Part shown: piece by piece, positions 36,812 to 45,907 of the stretch | How positions within the stretch are numbered: the first letter of the stretch is position 1 | Layout of the letters: the number at the start of each line of letters is the position of its first letter | DNA from: Rhynchopus sp. YZ270_cl-10 | Taxonomy: Eukaryota | NCBI GenBank assembly: GCA_964035575.1 | Contig: OZ037846.1 | Location: 1,550,001-1,614,000 of the forward strand | DNA: 64,000 nt | Direction of reading: 5' to 3' | The notes under the pieces: model-generated | What the model was told of the DNA's origin: nothing | Database searches by the model: none | The model's input: only the letters and a program-made list of their open reading frames with translations | Program-made: the position numbers and the translations under genes

Positions 36812-37957
36812 GTAGTTGTCAAAAAAAAAAAAAAATTTTTTTTTTTTTTGAAAATTTTTTTTCGACAACTACTTTTCCAAGCCTGGAAAAAAAACCGATA
36901 TTGACCGGACTCGACCGGACTGGACCTATATTCGCCGGACCCCCCTTAGAATTTTGAAATTCCAAAATCCACCTTAGTTTTTACCCCTCCGGTGTTTGTT
37001 GTCTTACTGTAATATACGAAGAGATACGTGTGCGGTTGTATGGAAATAATACAAAGCGAAATAATTGGGCTCTTTCGGATTGAATGATTAGAAGAGTGTG
37101 AGTTCGGAAACAAATACTCACTCTCGCTATATTGTTCTCTTATTTATTGTTTCCCCCCCTGTTTGCGCATTGTTGCTGCTTTTTTGTTTACACAGTACAC
37201 ATATTTTTTATTGGTGTGCTATTACCTGGATAACGTTCAGGGCCGATTGGCGCACTGTTTGTAACCTGTATGATACAAGGCTACGCCTATTGTACCACTA
37301 CTGGTAGCAGGCAGTTACAGTACACAGTCGCTGCAAAATGGTGCCTTGAGTGTGGCGGAACGCCCTCACTCTTTGTTATTCGACTCAGCAGCCTTGATCG
37401 CGAGTTGTCACGAAACTGTGAGGGAAGCTATCGGTTTGTCGAATTGAATTGGAGCAGGGGATGCGTCCAATGAAAATCACGTCGTCGGGTGAGGTGTGCT
37501 TGTTAATGACTTCTCGAGGCCACGTTAAAGAGGTTGCGTGGCTTGCCAAGCTCCGTTCTTTCACGGCACGCATCACTCATTTGTCCCAATCTGTGCCTGA
37601 GCTCTACCGAGCTGCGTTTAGCACATTGCACTACTTTTTATGTAATGGAAGGAGCTTCGCAACCTGGCTCTCATGAGCAGCAAGGATTGTGCAGGTCTTT
37701 GCGGGGTTGGCTTTTACAAGCCTTCCCTCTCCATCAGGTTCTTAATCTTAATGTTGATGTGTAGTCATGAGTAGTCTTGATCTCTCACGCAAGGTGTTTA
37801 TCTTTTTTATGCTTTTTCGTCACCCCTTTCTCTTCATGCTCTGTGTCACGTTGGCTGCACCCCATACAAGACGCGACGGTGCATGCGGTCCATCTTAATG
37901 CATACCAGACACGTGTTCTGACACCTCCACCCACCCCCATTTCCACAGGATCTTACA

Positions 37958-40093
37958 ATGTACACAATGCGCTGTCTGGAGGGTGTGCTGTCGTTGGACG
38001 GGACACTGGACGCTCGTGCACGTCGGAAGCAGACGTTGTTCTTCGTGATGTGCTTTGTGGCACTGTGTTCGGCATCGTTGGCGGGTTTCAGGACTGTGGT
38101 GAGTCCTCAGGGACGGTACGTTTACGTTGCATCCTACGTTCTTGGTGTTGCTGTACTACTTGCCGGTGTCGTGCTGGTCCTGTGCAGAGTCAAGCTGAAC
38201 ACACGCATTATCGTCTCTTGTTGCTACCTGTTGGCTCTCGCAGTCGTCGGGATCGACATCGCCGTGCGTGCCACAGAGAGAGTTGCATGGCCACTGCTCG
38301 TGCTCATCGTTGACGTGCTCCTTGTGATGGAGGTGCCCGCACACTACAGCATGGGTGTCGTCTGCTTCACACTCGTGTACTTCTTTGTCATGTGTCTCGA
38401 AGAGGTGTTCAGGTTTGGCATCCTCGACCTGCCAGGTATCGCGCCGCAGGTGTTCAGACGTGAGTACATGGCCAACAGAATCAACTGCACTGACTATCCG
38501 TGCCCTAATATTGAAGCAGTTTCCAGCCAGATGGTTGCCGGGATGGTGTTCGTGGTGGACTTCATCGCAACGCGAGGCTTTGCACGAGCTGTCCTGAAGG
38601 AGCAGGAGTCAATGGAGCGGACGATCAACGTTGTGCAAGAGATTGCGTCGTTGCTTGCTGGCTACGACGTGGAGCAGGTGGCGGAGCTGTTGAAGGTGCA
38701 TGAGGGTGACCTGCCTGAGGGGATGACAGAGGCACTGCGTAACTTGGAGGAGAACCTGCGGAAGTACCGTCCCTACCTCCCTGCTGCGCTGTTTGAGGCT
38801 GAGGTGGATGAAGACGGTGTGCAGCAGCCGACTGTGGCACCGCCTGGGCTTGACAGCGAGACAGCAACAATTGTGTTCACAGACATCCGTGCGTCGACGT
38901 CGATCTGGGAGAATGCACCTGAGGGGATGCGTGCTGGACTGCAGATCCACAACGCTGTGATGCGTGAGGTGATGCGGATGTGTGGTGGGTACGAGGTGAA
39001 GACCATTGGCGACGCATTCATGATTGCCTTTGCATCCACTTGCGACGGTGTGGCGTTTGGGTTGCGTGTGCAGGAGCGTCTGTTTGAAGCAGACTGGCCT
39101 GCGTCTCTGCTTGAGGATGCACCAATCTGCTGTCGGCAGGGGTCGCTGTGGGGTGGTCTGACTGTGCGCATTGGTGTGAACACTGGCCCTGTGACTGTGG
39201 AGCAGAACACACTGACGGGACGGACAGACTATCTTGGACACACAGTGAACGTTGCATCACGCCTTGAGAGCACATGCACACCTGGTGCTGTGGCTTTGCC
39301 CTCTGACCTGTGGACATCTGTCTCTGGGTCGTGCAGTGCTGTTGCAGGTGTGCCAGAAGCAGTTCACTTGAAGGGTGTGTCTGGGAGCACGTTGGTGTGC
39401 TGTGTGTGGCCTGTCTCACTTGGGGGACGAAGGGAGACACCACTTTGCGAGTTTTCTCCGCCCCCTAAGCGAATGTCCAGTGCGAAGCTGGACAAGAGTC
39501 AAAATTTGTTTCAAACGTTGAGGAGCAGATGTCCATCGTTAGCTTCGGAGGGGTCTTCACACTCACGATTGGCGTACTCGACCCGCCAGGTCTCGGGCAC
39601 TGTGGGAGTTGCACAGCTTGCAGTGGGCGACGTGACGGACAGCACAGCATTCCCACACATGAGCTCCGGACTCACAACACTGACGATCACACTGGAGCAG
39701 AGTGGAGGGAGTCTGGTGACGCTGCTTGGGAACTGTGTGTGTGTTGGGTGGAACGTGTCGCGTTCTGCACCTGCACACATGGAGAACGCGATACGGTTTG
39801 TGCAGCGCATGTCTGTGAAGTCTGCACTGAACGGGGCTGGTCTTGCAAGCGGTCCTGTGCAGCACGGGGATGTTGGTGCACGGAGCCAGCGCTTTGTGAC
39901 TGTGATGGGGGATGTTGTGCGTCGGAGTTGGGCGCTGTGCGAGGAGGCTGTGCGTGACGGGGTTGTGTGTCTGTACGAGCCTCCTGAAGGGACAACACTG
40001 CCGTCTGCACTTGAAGACGTTCTTGTCCGGCACAAGGGGTCTGGCTACAGAGTCGTTGAGTCAGACAACAAAGAACGGGACAACGTGTTTTAG
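37958..40093 (+). CDS. Multi-TM adenylate cyclase, copy 2 (near-identical to 25627-27762)
   Basis: Part of duplicated block 24888-~27772 = 37219-~40103 (offset 12,331); visible protein differences only near the C-terminus (VQH/VRH, DRVF/DNVF). Confidence 0.92.
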   Translation: MYTMRCLEGVLSLDGTLDARARRKQTLFFVMCFVALCSASLAGFRTVVSPQGRYVYVASYVLGVAVLLAGVVLVLCRVKLNTRIIVSCCYLLALAVVGIDIAVRATERVAWPLLVLIVDVLLVMEVPAHYSMGVVCFTLVYFFVMCLEEVFRFGILDLPGIAPQVFRREYMANRINCTDYPCPNIEAVSSQMVAGMVFVVDFIATRGFARAVLKEQESMERTINVVQEIASLLAGYDVEQVAELLKVHEGDLPEGMTEALRNLEENLRKYRPYLPAALFEAEVDEDGVQQPTVAPPGLDSETATIVFTDIRASTSIWENAPEGMRAGLQIHNAVMREVMRMCGGYEVKTIGDAFMIAFASTCDGVAFGLRVQERLFEADWPASLLEDAPICCRQGSLWGGLTVRIGVNTGPVTVEQNTLTGRTDYLGHTVNVASRLESTCTPGAVALPSDLWTSVSGSCSAVAGVPEAVHLKGVSGSTLVCCVWPVSLGGRRETPLCEFSPPPKRMSSAKLDKSQNLFQTLRSRCPSLASEGSSHSRLAYSTRQVSGTVGVAQLAVGDVTDSTAFPHMSSGLTTLTITLEQSGGSLVTLLGNCVCVGWNVSRSAPAHMENAIRFVQRMSVKSALNGAGLASGPVQHGDVGARSQRFVTVMGDVVRRSWALCEEAVRDGVVCLYEPPEGTTLPSALEDVLVRHKGSGYRVVESDNKERDNVF

Positions 40094-40109
40094 CGGTTTT
40101 ATTTGCATG

Positions 40110-40443
40110 GGCTCTACCGAGCTGCGTTTTTAGCACGTTGCACTACTTTTTATGTGATGGAAGGACCTTCGCAACCTGGCTCTCATGAGCAGCAAGGATT
40201 GTGCAGGTCTTTGCGGGGTTGGCTTTTACAAGCCTTACCTCTCCATGGGCTCATGTACTTTTTTGTCATGTGTCTCGAACAGGTCTTCAGGTTTGGCATC
40301 CTCGTGTCACATTCAGACGTGAGTACATGGCCAACAGAATCAACTGCGCTGTTCACAGACATCCGTGCGTCGACGCCGATCTGGGAGAACGTACCTGAGG
40401 GGATGCGTGCTGGACTGCAGATCCACAACGCTGTGATGCGTGA
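40110..40443 (+). pseudogene. Serially deleted remnant of another cyclase-locus copy
   Basis: Four colinear pieces matching ~37601-37735, ~38372-38426, ~38453-38488 and ~38873-38967. Confidence 0.8.
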
Positions 40444-41123
40444 TAGTTTTGAAAAACAGGATCGTGGCACCCTTTTGAGCACAACACAGGAACATGGGAG
40501 ACAAGAAGCGATAGGTTGTTAGTTAACAACTTGTACCTTAAACTTATATGTTTACAGAAAATATCCTAATAGAAAAAGTAGTTTCGAATACAATACATTC
40601 AAAGGAACAGAAAGTAAGAGTCCTGAAATCAACGCAAGTAGGACCTCTTCAAGAGAAAGCACGAAGATCTCAGGATGAGAACATTCTGTTCTCATTCATC
40701 ATTGGTGTGTTCTACAACCATGTGAGCATACCACACTCTCCCCAGTATCACCCAAAACACATTTTGCCCCTTTCCTGGAAGAGGGGATTTTATGTAGCTC
40801 ATTCTTGGTGTCTACACTCATGCAACCAAAGAGAAGCAAAATTTTCAATAACAAAAGCATAGCACGAAACCCCACACCTTTGTTTCACCTCTGTACCTTC
40901 GCGCTCTCCTCTTTTGCAAGAAACTAATGACCGCGATCTTCTTTGCTCGACAACAGCTCTCTGCGTCCGACACTCTATGTCGTTCTTGGAGACTCGCTTT
41001 GCATGTGTCCTGTCGCGATCTTATTCACATTCACATCGCACTGATGTCTCTTATTCTCCGTAGTGCATGCATCGCAAACCACAACACAAAACACAGTTAC
41101 CAACAAAACACAACACAACAACC

Positions 41124-42694
41124 ATGGACGTGACCATTCAAAGCTTCGATAAGAAGGACCACGTCATCGAGGTGGGTGTGGACGATACTGTGATGGACGT
41201 GCGTCGCAACGCGGCGTCTGCAGTGGGGTTGCACGAAGACAGCTTCAGCATGAGGTTCGGAGGAGAGGTTATGTACGGAGCTGACGTGAGGAAGCTGAGT
41301 GCTGGGGACACTATTGTGCTGACTAGTAAGAAGGACGAGGCCATTGCAGCACTTCGTGCATTGGGTGAGAAGGACCTGACGGAGGAGAGGTTGGCAAATC
41401 CCGACGGCGGACCGCCCCCCATAGCACATTTTTGCGGTGCACGGGCGTACGGGATTAGTATCTTTTTTTCGAGAGAACCCAAGAGCGGCCAGGTCCTGGA
41501 CAAGTACGTTGTGCTTTTAGACCAACAAACTGTCTGGGGTGGTGGGACCTCGGGGCGAAGGGTGCTTCCCGGGACCCCAATATCCTACCACAAGGAGCTC
41601 GAGTCGTGCATGGAATGCAGGGTACTCTGAGCCGATTACTTCCACAAAACTCCCAGATCCCAAGACCTCCACGGGGGGCAGGCCTCCACGGCAACCCGCG
41701 ACCGCCGACACCTTAGCTCCGTACTGCCTCTGTCTGTAACCTGCCGGTCCCCCACCTACCTACGCTTTTTGTGGTGTCTTTTTACGACGGTGGACCAAGG
41801 GGCTTTGCAGTGCAGTCAACGCCGACGGAGCGAGACTCGATTGTGACCGGGTGAAAAGGGAACCTTAGCCAGCGCTAACCAGCGGCAGTTTTGACTCAGG
41901 GAAGGAGTTTCTCACCGCAGACTGGCGACACCCCCACTTTTTCGGGGTGGCTGCATTCCTCTTCGGAACGGGGTGTTCCATCCTATTTTTAAAAACGTTT
42001 ATCGGAGGAGAGGTTGGCAAATGTGGGGGATCCTCAAGTGGCGTGTTTGTTTCTGCAGGCGGAGGTTGCGATTGTGACCCCGAACAAGTTCATGTCAGGA
42101 AAGCGGTTCGAGAGCCTTGGTATTACAAACGTATCTGTTGTGAGTCGCAGTTTGGACAGCCCTTACAGTGGTGACAGGGACGTCACCGACAGCAATGAAA
42201 CACTTGACTTCTCTGGGTTGGGCTTTGTGCAGGGGATTGGGGAAAACTTTTTTTTTAACTGCGAAGCGTTGACAGCAATGGACCTGTCTGGGATGACAAA
42301 TGTCACCACAATACACGATGGCTTTCTTCTAGGTTGCACTGAGTTAACGACACTCGATCTCTCTGGGTTGACAAATGTCACCACCATTGGCTCGCACTTC
42401 CTGTACCAGTGCATGGGGTTAACAAGACTCGACCTCTCTGGGTTGAGCCGTGTCACTCGGATCGGTAAATGTTTTCTTCAAAACTGCCAAGCAGTCATCA
42501 CACATCGTAGAGCTGGCCGCTGCAGCAGCCTCGCTGTGCTGGAGTATTCCCCGTACCGTTGTACCCCTCCACCCTCTTGGACAGAGCCCTCCAACAAAAA
42601 GTTATATTCCGTGGAGTTCATACGAAAAAAAAGCGAGGTGCCTACACGTCGTAAATTTATCAAATTTTTCCAAGGGAAGCACAATTTTTTTTAA
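41124..42694 (+). CDS. Ubiquitin-like N-terminal domain + BspA/TpLRR-type leucine-rich repeats; interrupted by a SINE (possibly pseudogenised)
   Basis: MDVTIQSFDKKDHVIEVGVDDTVMDVR (Ubl-like); repeats LDLSGLTNVTTIGSHFLYQC; removing 623 nt joins LTEERLAN to VGDPQ in frame. Confidence 0.7.
41400..41490 (+). ncRNA. Candidate HDV-like ribozyme / internal promoter signature
   Basis: 5' CCCG-ACG can pair with CGTACGGG (41446-41453), followed by ATTAGTA-hairpin-GAGAGAACCCAAG and GCGG able to pair with CCGC (41412-41415); layout resembles the trypanosomatid 77-nt hallmark as I recall it. Confidence 0.45.
41400..42002 (+). mobile_element. 603-bp non-autonomous retroposon (SINE-like) with Ingi/L1Tc-like 5' signature
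   Basis: 20-bp TSD CGGAGGAGAGGTTGGCAAAT (41380-41399, 42003-42022); no TIR; truncated relative at ~45452-45753. Confidence 0.8.
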
Positions 42695-43621
42695 CAAAAA
42701 GAAAACCGACGCAGGAGCTTTTCTTGGAACTGTTTTCATTCTCCTCACCCCAACAACAACATCACATTCAGAAAAACATTGTTTTTTCGTTTTTATTCGC
42801 TTTCTTTTCTTCTTCCTCACACTTTGTTACTGTGAGGAAAATTTTTTTTGTTTGACTGGTCGCGTACTGCGAGTTTTCCTGGATGCGCAGGAAAAATGAC
42901 TGGGGAGTGTTGGTGGCTCCGTGACGCCACAGAGCCGGCACACTCGTTGAGTGCCTCACAAAACCTAAAATTACTTCTTATTTGCATTTATTTATTGTCT
43001 TCACGCTTTATCGTTGTTGTTGGGTTGGGAAATAAAATTGTTCCGCATTTTTACTTTTCTTTACTACGTTTTGCAAAACACACACCATACAAGAAAGATG
43101 GGAACATTTTTGTTGATCCCTCACCATATACTATCAATTTATTGATTGCATATGATCCCTATCCCTGTCGCTTTCCTCTCCCCTTTTTTTTTCTCTCACT
43201 CACCCCACATGAATTTGTTCTCTCACATACTCTGTGCTTGCGAAACCCTCTTGAGGGCGATGCAACCAACCGTGATTTGGTTTTCCTTGGCATGAGCACA
43301 GAGTGTGGTACGCTTGCGGATCTCTAGAGAGCGAGGCACCACCCTTGGATCTATATCTTTGTTATGAGTACTCCCTGGATCTGTTATCCCTGGCATGAGT
43401 ACACCTTTTGTTTGATAAAACAACTTGTTGTCAATTCTAAAAGGATTGGAGGCAGCGCTGCAGGGCAAACAAAACGGATTGAAAAGGACAGAAGCTCGCT
43501 TGTTTCTTTTTTAGTACTCAATTAACCACAACAACCGTACTTCAGTTTAACACAATTTTTTCACCTTTTCATATACTTTCAAATTTTATTTGAAAGTATA
43601 TGAATTTACCTTTTTGTTTTC

Positions 43622-44862
43622 CATAGATGGTAGTCGGCCCGAGTCGGGCCGAGTTTTTGGAAAATCTGGGAGTCGGGCCGACTCGGGCCGACTTTTTTTA
43701 ATTTTTTTTTTTTTTTCAAAAGTCGGGCCGACTCGGGCCGAGTCGAAAAAAATTTTTAAAAAAAAAAAAAAGTCGGCCCGAGTCGAAAAAAAAACTCGGC
43801 CCGAGTCAGCCCGAGTCGGGCCGAGTCGGCCCGACTCGGGTCCCGTCGGCCCCCCCACAGTAAAATCTTTTCCAAAAAAAAAAAAAACCAAAAAAAAACA
43901 AAACAAAAAAAAAAAACCCCAGTGTTTCCCACGGTGAGATTTTGGGGTGAGAAATCTCACAAAAAAAAAAAAAAAAAAAAAGTGAGGTGAGAAATCTCAC
44001 CTGCAGGAAAAAAAAAAAAAAAAAATCATGGTTGAACCACGGGAGTACCATGGGAACTGGGTTGCTGACCGCACCATCCAGGCTGTACCTCAATTTTTTT
44101 TTGCCTGCGGCGCCATTTTCCCTTTTTTGCTCCGCAAAAAAGGGTTAGGTGTGTGACTATGTGCTGTAAAAAAGATAGATTTTTACACTGTACCCTAATT
44201 TTTTTTCGCCTGCGGCGCCATTTGTTTGATTTTTTTTTGCTCCGCAAAAATCCCTATGTTCCCAATGTCCCTGGTCAGCAGTGCTGAGAAATTTTGGGCA
44301 CAAAAACAAGCTGACCCCCCAATCTTCCAACGACAGTGACATTTATGTCAACAATTTTTAGAAATGTTGCGTACCGTGGCTTCGCTTGGGTGCCATGCCT
44401 GCCATGACTGCCATGACTGCCGTTTATTTTGTAAATGTACTGAGGTTACTGATAATTCGTGTACCACGTGTGCCTGGTGCAAATATCAATGAAGTGCCGA
44501 ACTCCGAGAAATTCTCGCATTCCGCCGGAGGCCCCCAACTTGAGCTAAGGTGGGGACCCGGGCGCGCGAAGCGCGCCCGGGCTCGCCACACCTATACAAA
44601 AACCCGCAAAACCGCAAAATCTCACCTATTTTCAGAGTTAGGTGAGATGCTGGGAAACACTGAAAAACCCAAAAAAAAAAAACCAAAAAAAATTCGACTC
44701 GGCCCGACTCGGGCCGACTTTTTTTTGAGTCGGGCCGAGTTTTTTCGACTCGGCCCGACTCGGGCCGACCCTGAAAAAAAAATTTTTGAAAAAAAAAATA
44801 ACGAAAAGTGGTCGGCCCGAGTCGGCCCGACTCGGCCCGACTCGGCCCGACTACCATCTATG
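43622..44862. mobile_element. Element with CATAG termini, 6-bp TSD and GAGTCGGGCC subterminal repeats
   Basis: TIR CATAGATGGTAGTCGG; TSD GTTTTC (43616-43621, 44863-44868). Confidence 0.85.
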
Positions 44863-45451
44863 GTTTTCCCGGCTTTGAGCGCACAAACAAAAGACCCGAT
44901 CTTTTTTTCTCTCTCCCCTCACTTTACTCTCACCGCATACTCTGCGCTTGCGGAACCCTCTTGAGGGCGATGCAACCAACGTGGTTTGGTTTTCCTTGGC
45001 ATGATTGTACACCTGTTTATCTTTTTCCCCTCTTCTTTCTTTGTTCTCCCGTTAAAAAGATCAAAATCCTGTGTGTCTCCCCGGTATCACTTGTGATACA
45101 GTTTCCATGAATAGACATGAAAAGGGGCAGCACACAGGTGGTTCCGCGCCATGTTTTTTTCCACAGAACCGACACGTGTGGCGTGTCTCCCAAACAACAA
45201 AAAGCAAATGAATAAAAAATGTTGAAAGGAAAAAAGGAAGAACAAAACAGTGTGGTTTACAACAGGGACTATAAAATTAATGATTGCACGGCATTAGTCT
45301 TAGTTTCCACCCCCACCCCTAGTTCATACGCAAGGGCATCCCCCTTTCCGTCACCGCTTAGCATGTCCTCACGTTTTGACCCTACTTTTCATTTTCGCCC
45401 AAATTAGCGACTCGGGGCTTATGCTCTTCTCCGAAGTGCATGTATCTAGAC

Positions 45452-45753
45452 AGCACATTTTTACGGTGCACGGGCGTAGGGGATTGGTATCTTTTTTTTC
45501 GAGAGGACCTAAGAGCGGCCAGGTCCTGGACAAGTACGTTGGGCTTTTAGACCTATAAACTGTCTGGGGTGGTGGGACCTCGGTGCGAAGGGTGCTTCCC
45601 GGGACTCCAATATCGTACCACAAATAAGGGGGAGTACACCACGTAGTAGGGTACTCCCACAAACAAAACTCCCCAGTCAACGCCGACGGAGCGAGACTCG
45701 ATTGTGACCGGGTGAAAAGGGAACCTTAAGCCAGAGCTATCCAGCGGCAGTTT
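45452..45753 (+). mobile_element. Truncated, internally deleted copy of the 41400 SINE just upstream of cyclase copy 3
   Basis: Matches ~41423-41650 and ~41814-41893 with substitutions. Confidence 0.8.
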
Positions 45754-45907
45754 TGTCCCTTCCTCTGACTCTCTATTGCTTAGTTTGTGTACAATTCTTT
45801 TTGGAAGAGGGTTTTTGTGGTTAAACATCGAACAAGCCAGGCGTGCAGTTTTTCAACACAAAACACCCCAAACCTCCCACACACAGGCGTCACCTGTATA
45901 CTGTGCA

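Larger units (their letters stand above)
28162..36945. mobile_element. Composite element with GGGGGGTCCG termini and TTA TSD (PIF/Harbinger- or Zator-like signature)
   Basis: cctccTTA|GGGGGGTCCG ... CGGACCCCCC|TTAgaattttgaaat; uninterrupted copy of the target (cctccTTAgagttttgaaat) at ~27915-27935. Confidence 0.75.
27882..37009. mobile_element. Tc1/mariner (pogo-like) MITE split by an 8.8-kb nested insertion
   Basis: TA|CAGTAAGACAACAAACATCGG ... CCGGTGTTTGTTGTCTTACTG|TA. Confidence 0.8.

Noticed and set aside
45776..45907. N-terminal extensions of ORFs 45776, 58452 and 59992
   Set aside because: Non-ATG starts in UTR or intron sequence; paralogue alignment, signal peptide and splice sites give 45908, 58647 and 60074.
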